Below are positions 1 to 11,946 of a stretch of 64,000 bases of DNA, in pieces (position 1 is the stretch's first letter; each line of letters starts with the position of its first letter). The notes below the pieces were generated by a model. That model saw nothing but the letters and a program-made list of their open reading frames with translations, did no database searches and was not told where the DNA came from. The stretch spans positions 62,001-126,000 of the forward strand of contig CDMY01000282.1 of assembly GCA_001179505.1 (NCBI GenBank). The letters run 5' to 3'. Source of the DNA: Vitrella brassicaformis CCMP3155. Its lineage: Eukaryota > Protista > Chromerida. The position numbers were made by a program, and so were the translations under genes.

Positions 1-3000
1 TATGGTTTGTGCACAGCTGTTTGTGTACCTCTTGTTGAAATCATCGAATTCAGGGGAGGATATTTCCCTGTATGCGAGCACGAGTGTCCTCAGCCCCGTC
101 CTGGCGAAGTTGTCGCACTCCTCTGACAGCCAGCTGGTGCCGCGGTGGGACAGACGGGGAATCATCACCGACTCAGCACCCTAGACACACACACAGAGAG
201 AGAGAGTACCTCTCAGGCCGTTTGGGAGAACTCTCTCTCCGTGTATGTTATGTGTGTCTCAGACCTACCTTGATAAAGAAGAGTATGCGTTGGTCTGGCG
301 AGTCCCGCGCCCTCACGACAATGCCCATGCGCTTCGACTCAGATGTGAAGGGGAAACACGCCAGGATCTCGTAGCAGTGGCACACACCATGCGGATCCTG
401 CACACACACAGAGAAAGAAACCCAGAGAATGAATTCGTTGCCCTCTCTCTCTTGCCATTCTTGACTGACAACTGACTGACAGGAGTGCGTGCGTAGCGTA
501 CCCTCAAAGTGATGGAGTGCTGATCTCTCTCCACCAGCTTGACCCCCACAAGCGAAGCGAATTTGACCAGAGCAACCTCGTCCGGGCTGGCGGCCTGGAA
601 GGTGACTTCCCCCGTCTCCTCGTCCGTCACGGGGGTGACGTTGTGGCAGAGCGCCAGGCCGGTGATGGCGTGCCGCAGTACCTGACGCACCTCCACGTGC
701 CGCTTGCCCGAACCGAATCCCGAGAGAGAGAGGCCGCCCACTGCTGATGATGCTGACGCTGACGCTGATGAGTGGGCAAGGGAGGTGTTGGAGGGCGAGG
801 AAGGGTCGTCCGTGCTGAAGCTCATGCGCAGGGCGTGCCTGCAGGACTCACACAGACACAGACACATACGCACACACACATGGATGGGTATGTGTCTGTG
901 GGTCGCACTGTCGGTCAGTCGGTCTGTCTGCGTGTCTGTCTGTGTTTGGCCCACCCCACTGCCGAGTCGCGCACCTACCTGACTTCATCGAAAGACTCTT
1001 CCCCGAAGGCGGCTCGGCCGAGGTGAATCTTCTTGAAGACCATCTCGTTCTGTGTGAGTGTGCCGGTCTTGTCGGAGAGGACGTAGTCCATCCTGCCCAG
1101 CTCCTCTGGGATGGTGGAAGTGCGCACCACAGTGTCGGGGATCTTGGGGTCGCGCATGATCTGCACCGAGTAGACTGTCTTGGCCATGTCGAGGTTGACC
1201 CGCATCGAGATCGGGATGATCGACGAGAGCATCAACAGAAACCTGCGCGGTGGGCACACAGACAGACAGACAGACACACGTCTCTCTGCGTCTGTCTGTG
1301 TCTGAGTGCGGGTGTGTGTTGTGTGTTGTGCGTTGTGTACCTGAAGAAGTAGATTGGCCAGATGCCTTCGAAGCCCTTGCAGACGGTGAGGAGGAAGCTC
1401 AGGGAGATGAGGAGCACAAACAGGAGCTTGGACAGCAGATTCACTTCAAGCTCAAACAAACCAGTCTGCACCACGTGGTGCACGCACGCATCAAAAAGAC
1501 ACACATGGCGCTTGCGCGTTTCCGCCTTCCTGCTCGGTGCTCGCATCCCACCTTGGTCACTGAGCTGCTCGCGTTCATCACAGCTCTGGTCTCCTGCACA
1601 CATTGACCCACATCCACATCAACACGCACCCTCTCCCTCCCTCCCTCCCTCCCTCGCTCCGTCTGTCCGTCCGTCCGACCTTGCCAGTGTATATGCACAG
1701 CCCGAGGCACGTGCCTGACGCCACGACAGCGTTGCTCCAGAGGGTGTTATCGAGGGTGAGGCCCTCCACGTGTGTGTCGGTGCTGGCCATCGAGTGGACG
1801 GCCGTCTGCGCCTCGACGTCCCCGTCCACTGCGTCGGGTGACTCCAGGTTGGGCTCCGAATACATCTGGTGGATCAATCAAGGCAGGAGAAGGAAGCAAC
1901 GACATGTGGCGTTTTGGGAGCGTGGCTGAGGGATGAGGCGGGCGGGTGGCGGGGCCTACCGAGCCGTCCTCGGCTTCATGGCTGATGCGTCGCGGCTGGT
2001 GATGGGCCATGTTGCGGACAGTGAAACGGCCGATGAACTCGTAGATGTCCTTCCTGCAGCATGGACACACACCACACCCAGCACAGAACATGAGTGTGGA
2101 CACACTAGGGCATCGATCTCTGTCCCTCCCTCCCTCCCTCCCTCCTCTCTCAACCAGTGCATTACCTTGGTGCTTCAGCCTGGCACGTGGCGTCGAGCCT
2201 GAGAATATCAGTCTCGCTGGGAAGATGCTGAGTTACCACAACAGCACGCCTGACACCCACACATACACACACCAAGACAAACGAAGCCAGCCATACATGC
2301 CATCCATCCATCAGCTCGAGATCATCTTCTACTACGGCCCGCACCCACCTGAGTTTCCAGTCGGTTTCGCCGTCGAGCTGGTCCGTGCGCAGGAATGTGG
2401 ATCCGCTCTTCTCGGTGGTTCGGAGGAAGATGAAGTCGGCGGGGACCCGCTGGTTGGCCCCGATCTGAATGACGTGCCCCACCTTGATCTCAGACGCTGG
2501 GATGGGCTTGAGGCCCTTCTCTGTCAGCCGCAGGTACTTGCTGCTGTTGGCCTCGCGGTCACGCAGGTACCTGCACACCACACACCCATCAATGGACTGA
2601 CTTTGTGGCTGCATCAAGACATGTGGCTGGCTGACCTTTTGTAGTCATCGTACGCTTCCTTGCCGATGGTCACACACAAGACAAACACCAGGGGGGCCAC
2701 GTAGGTGAATAGGAAACCTGCAGCACACACACACACAGACACAGACACACACACACAGACACAGGCACAGACACAGCAGACAGGCCGTCTGGATGGCCGT
2801 GTGTCGCGGGAGCCATACGATACGATACGTACCAACTTTGAGCACGGGAATGAACTGTGAGAGTGCCACCATCAGGTAGAACAAGTTGAAGAAGAACCTG
2901 CAAACCAATCCAGTGTGCACAACACAACAACCCGTCGGGGCGAGTGTGCTGGCTGGCCGGCCGGCGAAGGAAGGATGAGGCGCCATCAAGCAAGTGTCTG

Positions 3001-3583
3001 TCTGACCTGAATTGCTCGTATAGGACGACCGGCAGGAACGTGATGGGGTTATACTTCTGGTTGCGAACCACATTCGGCACTGAATACACAAGTCAGTCCA
3101 ACACACACGCACATATATGCAACGGCGCATTGCGAGCCGGCCGGCGATTGTTGCATCGCATCTGCTGACTGACCGAATAGCTGCGGTTTGGTCCTCCCCG
3201 AGATGTGCATGATGCGCTCCTCATACCGCGCCCGGACCCCACAAAGGAACACTCCCAAGCCGAACCAACAGCGAGTCAAACAGTTCCCCTCCTGCGCGAG
3301 TTGAATGAAGCCATAGATAGATAGGCACATGCAAACACGGACACATCGATCCCATCCATGGCGTGGCGTGCCTGTGTTGGTCCGTCCGTGTGTGCGTGTG
3401 TTGGTCCGTTCGTTCGTGCGTGTACCGCACCTCGCTGCAGAAGCCGCCCTCGTCGAGCAGCGGGACCCCTTCTGACTCATCGGGCGGGTCGATCTCGAGG
3501 CGGACGCTGCCCGCCCTCATCCCTCCGTTGTTGGCCGCAGCTCCGTTACTCACACTCGCCGCAGATGACTTGCTATCTGTCAT
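1..3583 (-). CDS. ATP9: P4-type phospholipid-flipping ATPase, class II (ATP9A/B, yeast NEO1-like); multi-exon, 3' part runs off the window start
   Basis: Spliced exons give [82 protein letters not shown] (phosphorylation site), [22 protein letters not shown] and [11 protein letters not shown] at 3583 (MTDSKSS). Confidence 0.93.
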
Positions 3584-3829
3584 CACCGATCACACCAACC
3601 GGTCCTGGCTGACCGACCTCCTACCTATGTGCTCAGCTGACGGCACACACGTTCGATTCCACCGTTCCTCTCCGTGCGAGCTTGGTTTGCAAGGCCGCAA
3701 GTGAAACGCAGCGGCCACGGGATCATCAGCGGCGTCTGAAGCCTGAAGCAGATGAATCCCAGCCAATCTGGAGTCGACTCCCCTTCTCTCGAGCCCCTTG
3801 CATGTCTAGACGCCGTCACACGTACCAAG

Positions 3830-4829
3830 ATGGCTGCATCGACACGCCTGGCGCCGCCCAGCGACATCCCAACTTCGGCTGGCAGCACGTCAGACGACGA
3901 TGACGACACCGAGTTCGGGCTGCGCGCAGATGACAGCCCGACGGGTCAGCAGGATGAATACGAGCAGACGGAGTCTTTGCTGGTGCCGTCCCCTCAGTCC
4001 AAGACGCAGCGCGAGGCTCGGCAGTCGTCTCGGAGGGCCAGCAGCCCTCGCCGAAGGAGAAGGAAGAACGAGTGGTGGCTTTTCGGTGAGCGGCTGCGGG
4101 CGTATGGCGGCTTCCTCCTGGGCAAGCTGGAGATGCATTCTGTCGGCGAGTTCATGCGGACCATGGCTTGTCGGATGTACTACTCGCAGAGGGCTAAGTA
4201 TGTCTATGGCGGCGTGCTGCTGCTGAGCTTCGTGTTGCTGACACAGAGCCTGTGGATGGACGACGCCGCCACCAATGGGGTGCTGGGGGTGCTCATGTTC
4301 GTGGCGGAGCTGTTCGTCACATTCATGCTCAATCTGGAGGTCACGATGCGCATCCTCATTCTGGTACGCGGCACACAGCACAGTTCAGAGACTGTCCGTC
4401 CACTCGACTCACTCTCTGTATGTGTGTGGACGTCGGTCGTCTTTGTGCAGGGACGGGACTTTTTCCGGCAGCGGTCGAACGTGTTTGACCTGGCACTGGC
4501 GGTGTCGTGTGTGGTGCTGCTGGTGCTGGGCCACCTGACGGACTTGGACGACACATTAGAGCAGCCGGTGGAGGACCTTTTCCTGCAGTCGCTCATGCTC
4601 TTCCGCTACGGCGTGCAATTGCTGTGCATCGTCACCATCTGGTCATCAGCCAAACGACCACGAGTAAGCAGAGCAGACAGAGAACCACAACGTCGTCCCG
4701 CCCTTTGCTGACGGAGATGCTGTGTCTTCCTTGGCGTCATGGTCTGTGCCGTGTGTGCAGTTGCCTGAGGACGATATAGACTTCACGAGAATGGCGCAGA
4801 TATCCCGAAGAAAGGATGACGCAGTCTGA
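3830..4829 (+). CDS. Stand-alone voltage-sensor-like (Ion_trans S1-S4) membrane protein with no pore domain
   Basis: Three exons (introns about 4364-4450 and 4664-4760). Four hydrophobic helices with S2 ELFVTFMLNLEVTMR, S3 NVFDLALAVSC and S4 LFRYGVQLLCI, then a short tail LPEDDIDF...DDAV* (stop 4827-4829). An alternative in-frame ATG lies at 3752. Confidence 0.65.
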
Positions 4830-5200
4830 TGGATCGATGCGTTTATCGAGGGGAGAGGGTGTGGTGTGCTAAGCCGAGGGGAGCAAGGGAGGGATATCGC
4901 ATGTAGCTAGCGGGCCGATGGATGGATGGAGTACTTTTTAGGAAGGACTCAGTGCAAACGGGAGCCGTGTGCGTCAGACCGATTGATTGTGTATGTACAG
5001 ATTGTCTGTCTGCCTGCATACAAACGTATCCTTGTCCAAACCCATTCATTAATGTGTGGTCTCACGCTGGCATTGAGCTGAGTCACATACACACACTGTT
5101 GTGTACAGTCGAGGAGCGCATCCAACTCAAGGAAGCTGACAGCAAAGACACACACGGAGGGCACAATGACTGAATGACTTGACTGCATCCGTGTGTGGAC

Positions 5201-5249
5201 GTGTGTGTGTGTGTGTGTGTGTGTGCGTGTGTGTGTGTGTGTGTGTGTG
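5201..5249. repeat. (GT)n microsatellite, representative of dozens of GT/CA, ACAG, CCAT, GGGA and GCCT tracts in introns and spacers
   Basis: Read directly from the sequence; one interruption. Confidence 0.95.
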
Positions 5250-5568
5250 GTGCTTGTCTTCCCACCCACGTGTGTAGGCCACACCAATTATGTCAATCAT
5301 GCATCACAGCAGGGTTTCAAACCCCCAGGGTTTCCCGCAACGGCTCATGCGTTTACACACTGTACGTCTCGCAGCCCTCGTACGGTTTCTCTCGCCTTTC
5401 CCGGAGAGTCTGTAGCCTTCCTTCTTTATTGAACAGCGGCAGACCAAGGAAGGAAGCACCGCCCATCCAACCAGCGAGCGTCCAATCCTTCCGCCACACC
5501 GGTACTCTCCTTTCCCCCGCCTCTCTCTCCCACACATCGCCTCGCGTCGTCCGCTGTCGCTGGCCACG

Positions 5569-8270
5569 ATGATGCGAGCCGTGTGCGTCGCGCTTCTGTT
5601 CTGTGCCGTCGCTTTCGCCGAGCCTGAGAAGAAGGCGCCGGCGCCCCCTCCCGAGCCGAAGCATGAGCCGGCTCCCACCTACGACAAGAAGGGCGACTTT
5701 ATGGCCTATGACAAGAAGGATGAGGGCAAGAAGGAGTGGCAGACCATCGAGCAGGAGCCCGTGTACGAGTGCCCGCACGGCTCCACACCCACCAAGGACA
5801 AGGGCTGCGTGACCACCAAGGAGGTCAAGGCCAAGATCTCCTGCCCTCACGGCTATGACAAGGACGGCCACAAGTGCACCAAGAAGGACTCTGTCGCCCC
5901 TTATGAGGTCTGCGACAACGGCGCCAAGGCACACAACGGCAAGTGCAAGCTCGTCGAGCACGTAAGTGTCATCAGAGCATCTGATGTATAGCTATGACGG
6001 GAGCGATGCGGGTGGGGGGACGGACGGGGAGAGGGCAATCATCTGGGCGTGCGTGTCTGCTCGTTCGGTGCAGGTTGCTGCTTCGGCCAAGTGCCCCAAG
6101 CACTACAAGATGCACGGTAGGTCCATCCATCCATCCAAAGGCACACGTCTCTCTGCGTGCCATCATCGTGACGACACACGTGTATGTGTGTCTTGTGTGT
6201 GTCGTCGTTCAGGCCATGTGTGCATCCCCGAGAAGGGCGAGGAGCCCGCCAAGCACGTCTGCAAGGGCGGCTACCGGATGGAGAAGGGCCATTGCGTCAA
6301 GACCGTCGAGACCAAGCCGGTTTGTTCAGCTTAGCGAGCGATGCCTCACACACCCACACAAAGACACTCACCCACGTGACGTTGTTTGACTGCCTGCTTG
6401 TGCATCCATCGATCAGACTTACACGTGCCCGAAGGGTCACACGCTGCACGGCAAGAACTGCCAGTCGACTCACCACGTGGCCCCTGTGTGCAAGAAGGGC
6501 TACACGCCGTCCAAGAACGGCTGCGTGAAGGCCGTCGACCATGGCGCGCCTCACACCAGTTGCCCACATGGATACAAGCTCGACAACAAGGGCGGCAAGC
6601 ACGGCGCCACCTGCGTCAAGGAGAAGCACGTCGATGTGAGTGCCTCAAGACAGATGGACAGACGAGAACGCCCTTATCTGTGCTCATGTATCGTGTGTGT
6701 GTGTTTGTGTGGTGTGTCGCTAATCTGCCAGGCTGATGAGATCTGCGAGCACGGCACCAAGAAGGGTGGCAAGTGCATCACCCACGAGACCGCACCCATG
6801 CAATACGGTGCGTCACGCAGCCACCACCAGCCACACACACACACACACACACCCCACCGACAGAACATTCCGCTGTCTGTCGTTTGTCTGTCCGCGTCGA
6901 CCATCAATCAGAGTGCAAGAAGGGCTACCACATGCAGGGCCACAAGTGCGTCAAGGTCCTCGAGGACAAGCCCGACAAGAGGTGCCCGCACGGATACAAG
7001 CCGTAAGCGACATACCCACCCACGAAGAATCAAGCACAGCGCACACACCTGAACACATTGATGTGTGTCTGATGTGTTGCGGCTGGCTGGCTTTGTGTGT
7101 GCAGTGTGAAGAGCAGCGGCAAGGGCAAGGAGGGCCACTCACACGAGTGCATCAAGGAGAAGGGCGACAAGAAGCCCCACGAGGTCTGCCCCAAGGGCAC
7201 CGTCCTCAAGGGACACAAGTGCGTCTCCCAGCACGTCAAACCCGCCGGTATGCTCACACACACACACACACACTCCTACCTAAGCGGAGAGTTGATGATC
7301 TTTTTGTTGTGCGGTTGCTCACTCGCTCAGAGTACAAGTGCAAGAAGGGTCACCTGGTTAACGGCAAGTGCGTGAGCCACTCTGAGCACAAGAAGGCCCT
7401 CACCTGCGAGCACGGCTACGTCCTGAGGAACGGCGTCTGCGTCCTCCACAAGAGCGAAAAGGCCGTCGAGGTCAGTCAGTTCAGCTACCAGACAGGAACA
7501 GGGGCCCCTGTCCATCTTGACTGACTCAAACGCTCCTGCCTGTCTGTGTCTGCAGACCTGCCCGCACGGGCAGGAGCTCAAGGGCCACAAGTGCGTGAGC
7601 AAGGTGGCCACCAAGCCCACCATCGTCAAGAAGGAAATGAAGACCAAGGGACCCCAGATGACCTGCCCCAAGGTACACTCATCTAGATGCATCAACAGAC
7701 GCAACAGAGGCAACACACACGAACGATACACACAAACGTTTGATGCACACTCCATCCCATCCTGCTGGTGTCCTTCCTGCCCTTCCTCGACTGTGTGTGG
7801 TGTGCAGGGCTACAAGATGTCCAAGAAGGAGGGCAAGCACGGAGCGACCTGCATCAAGGAGAAGGTTGAGCACGCCTCTCCCTCGTGCCCCAAGGGCTAC
7901 ACGCTAAAGGGCCACAAGTGCTGGACCGAGCACGTCGTTCCCGCCACCAGCAAGTGCGACGGCACCACCACCAAGGACGGCAAGTGCGTCAAGTACCAGC
8001 CCACCAAGTCTGTCCCCAAGTGCGAGAAGGGATACTCCCTCAAGGTACTTTCTCTCACCTAGGACACGAGGGATGAGAGAGAGGTGCTAATATGCGGAGT
8101 GTGTGTGTGTCTGTGTATGCCATCAGGGCCACCGTTGCATCAAGAAGATCCAGGTTGAGGTGCCGGCCGTGCCGGTCCACAAGAAGGCCCCCCGCCACGA
8201 CAAGAAGGAGTCCAAAGAGACACCTGTCTACCACGAGCACCACGAGCCAGCACCGTCCAAGAAGATCTAA
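5569..8270 (+). CDS. Secreted Cys/Lys/His-rich repeat protein, oocyst wall protein (COWP/TgOWP) family; about 10 exons
   Basis: Signal peptide MMRAVCVALLFCAVAFA. Many CP(H/K)GY-x(5-12)-C units (CPHGYDKDGHKC, CPKHYKMH, CKGGYRMEKGHC, CPHGYKLDNKGGKHGATC, CPKGYTLKGHKC). Last exon ends ...HEHHEPAPSKKI* at 8268-8270. Confidence 0.8.
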
Positions 8271-9365
8271 ACCTGGACCACTCCTAGCCTAGCCTAGCTA
8301 GCCTCTCTTCCCCTCTCTCTCCCTCTCTCTCCCTTGTCGTCACGTGTGTGTTGTGTGTATCGATTCATGAGATGGTCTTTGTGAGCTGACTAGGTGATTT
8401 GTTGTGTGTGTCTCCCTCTCTCCCTACCTCCCCGACTGCCTGCCTGCCTGCCTGGATGTGTGTTTCCTTTTTCACCTGGCCGGCCGCAGAGTAGTAACAT
8501 AGACAGAGAGCATTATGGATGGATGCGAATCCGAATTCCCCGCATCTCTTCCTTCCCTGCCTCCCTGCCTGAGCTCAGTCAGTCGCCTCCCATGCTACGT
8601 GTGAGTGTGTGCATCCGTCTGTGTGGACGGACGGTTGTAGAGAGCGAGCCGTGTAGCCTGTCGTCCTTAGAGTAAGGAAGAATGGCCCCTGTTCGCCGAG
8701 CCGCCGTGTCTCTCAGAAGATGAGACGCGGCGGCCTGAGGAATGATCATATGCACTCATGCACTGAGCGAGTTGGCTTGGGTGGTGGTGTGGGGACACGG
8801 CTGGGGGGAGGAGGGAGGTGGTGGTGGGGTGGACACATCTAATGCATGGGTGTGTGCGCGTGTGTGTGGTGTGGGTGGTGCGTGCGGACGATAAGACGAA
8901 GACTCTGGCGGGGCGGATCGGGTGAACACGTGTGTGATTTGCTTGCCTGGTTTCCTGGTAACATGGCTGCCTCCCTCCCCTCCCCCCCTGCCCCCTCTCA
9001 TAGTTACATACACATCTAGTTGGTCTGTCTCTGTTGAGTTGAACGTATCTATGTATTTGCTGCCCACTCCTGCCGGCCTGCCGGTCCCCCCTACACCCAC
9101 CGCCCCCTTATTGCCACACGTTGCCTGCCTGCCTACCTGCCTGCCTATCACCCCGTCAGCCCGTCGACCGACCGACCGACCTGCGTTTTCTTCTTCCCGC
9201 CTCCTTCCTTCGTGAATCGCAGTGCTCTGTACAGATTCGCCTGCATGCCTACACTGCCTGCCTAACAGAGACAGACATAATACATACGTCTTACGTAGAG
9301 AGTAATAATTATCCGTACACATCTGGGGGAGGGAGGGGGAGGGAAGGGCGGAGAGGGGGGGGGGG

Positions 9366-9665
9366 NNNNNNNNNNNNNNNNNNNNNNNNNNNNNNNNNNN
9401 NNNNNNNNNNNNNNNNNNNNNNNNNNNNNNNNNNNNNNNNNNNNNNNNNNNNNNNNNNNNNNNNNNNNNNNNNNNNNNNNNNNNNNNNNNNNNNNNNNNN
9501 NNNNNNNNNNNNNNNNNNNNNNNNNNNNNNNNNNNNNNNNNNNNNNNNNNNNNNNNNNNNNNNNNNNNNNNNNNNNNNNNNNNNNNNNNNNNNNNNNNNN
9601 NNNNNNNNNNNNNNNNNNNNNNNNNNNNNNNNNNNNNNNNNNNNNNNNNNNNNNNNNNNNNNNNN
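9366..9665. other. Assembly gap (300 N) flanked on both sides by G-runs
   Basis: Read directly from the sequence. Confidence 1.
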
Positions 9666-10382
9666 GGGGGGGGGGGGAGGGGAGGGGAAGTGCACCGCAC
9701 CACACACCACACCACACCACTGGTTGTCTTGCTGCTTGATTCATTCCTTTTCTGCCACCGATTCCATCCATCCATCCATCGCCCGTCTGTCTGTCTTTCG
9801 TTCATGTCGCTATACCGACCCCCCTGCCTCTGTGGGCGGGGCGGGGCGGAGCGGAGTGGGACACACAGGAGCATGTGTGTGGACACTGCGTGCGTGTGTG
9901 AATGAGCTGGCTGACTTTATGATTCATGTGACGACGTACAACGATGTAACCAACCAATCAGAAACTATTCGTACATGCAGCAAAGAGCACCCAGCAGGCA
10001 GGAGTGGTGGCCATGGCCACCAGGGGGCGTCCAGCTAGCTATTCACAGCGACCAATATACATGCACAGACACGCAAGTGTCATTGATGCAAGTCAAGGCC
10101 AATTCGATTCGTTGAACGCCCCGGGGCGGCCAGGCAGCCGCCCCGTCCTCAGCTATCTACGTATGGTGGGTGGCTTCCAACTCATCTTTGCCTCCGGCCA
10201 GCCAGCCAGCCAGCCAGTCAGCTACTCCTCACTCGTCAGTCGGCCATGTCGCCTTCGCCTTCGCCGTACTGGTCCCACTGCACTTCGCCCTGATCCACTC
10301 CACCATCTCCCATGCCATTTGCACACACAGATGGCCATCCAAGAATGGATTGCCACCACCACATGCATTGCGCGCACACGAA

Positions 10383-11498
10383 TTACTCACCATCCATGTC
10401 GTTGGCAGCAGCAGCTGCTGCTGCTGCTGGGTCTGGTGCGCCGCCCTCCTGTCCTGTGTTGTAGTAGAGTTGATTTGCGATATTGGGGTCGTTGAGCTCC
10501 TCCTCTAGCAGGTCGAGCAGGCTGTTGCCCTCACGCGCACGCTTCTCCTGAGTCCACTCCTCCAAATAGGTCACAGTCTGACACACATCACAATCACAAT
10601 CACATACACATCGTGCTGGCTGGCTCTTCTTTCTCTGTGTGAGTGTGGGTGGGTTGGTTGGATCGCTCACGTGTTTGACGCGCGTCTGGTCGTTGTAGGT
10701 CTCCATCTTGCTGCGGATCGACATGTGGTAACTCTGAACGGACAAACGAAACAACGCGAATGAGCACACACAGCACACGCGCATTCCTCATGTGTCTGTC
10801 TCTTGTGTGAGAGAGTGAGCTACCGACCTTGTGTGTGGCCTCTGTGATGTAGCCCTCGTACGTCGGGTCGCCCTCGTTCTGCCCCGCCTCATACAGCGGC
10901 TCCAACGCAGCGGCATCAATCCCCAATATCACCTAAGAGAGTGTGGGCCATGGCCAAGTCAGTGGTCCATGTGCTGTGCGCACATACGTGCGTGTGTGTG
11001 CGTCGAGGGAGGGCGGAGGGGAGCGGTAGGTACCTTTGCGGTTTCGTCGAATGCAGTGGCGTATATGGCCATCTTGGAGTGGTCCATCAGGTGCAGCGGG
11101 AGAATGTACCTGCACGACGAGGGAGAAGGGAGAGAGAGAGGTGGGGTGGGGTGGGAGGGGAGGGGGCTCGGTCATCGAGACGCACACTTGGACGCCCCGC
11201 CCCGCCCACCGAGGGTTCTTGTGTTCGATGGTCTTCTGGCATTGGTTGCAGCTGAACTTGTTCTCGTCCTGGGGCTCCACCTTCCTCTTGCACTCGGGGC
11301 ACGCTCTGGCAGGCACCACACACACACAACACAACACAACACAAGAGAAGACAATTCAACTCACGCGCATCACAGACCAGACCCTTGTGCAGGCAGGCAG
11401 GCAGGCAGGCAGGCCTACAGGTAGTATGGCGGCCTGTTGTTGGCCGTTATGTCGTGGATCTTGAGGATTATCTGGTGGTCCACACCCTTGTCTGACAC

Positions 11499-11530
<32 letters not shown>

Positions 11531-11915
11531 CAGACACACCACACGAGGGACCACACAACACACGTGTGTGAGTCCATCTGTCTGTCCATCTGTGTGTGCA
11601 TGCAGTTGGCTGGCCCCATACCATTGAGTGCAGCAGAAGCCGCCTGGTTGGCCTCCTCCAACTCAGCTATCGAACCCTGAGTGACAGACAACGCACACCA
11701 GACGCCACACGGTGCACACAGGCGGTGCTGCCTGTGCTGGCCATCAGACGGCCTGCCTGTTTCCCTCCTCCCCTCGCCCGCTCCCCTCTCTCACGCGCCA
11801 TGGTCCCCTGTAGCCGCCCGGCCCGCCCCCCGTCAGCTTGTTGACGCCACTCAAGTCACCCGCCCGCTGACACACACACACACACATTGATGGGGGTCAT
11901 CGTTGCTGGCCGTGC

Positions 11916-11946
<31 letters not shown>

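Noticed and set aside
9320-9690. G-rich tract as a functional G-quadruplex element
   Set aside because: It is interrupted by a gap, so its true length is unknown. G/GA-rich tracts are common in these spacers.
8756-10038. ORFs spanning the N gaps (also 51829-53096)
   Set aside because: Their length is an artefact of X-runs, and the flanking translations are microsatellite-derived.
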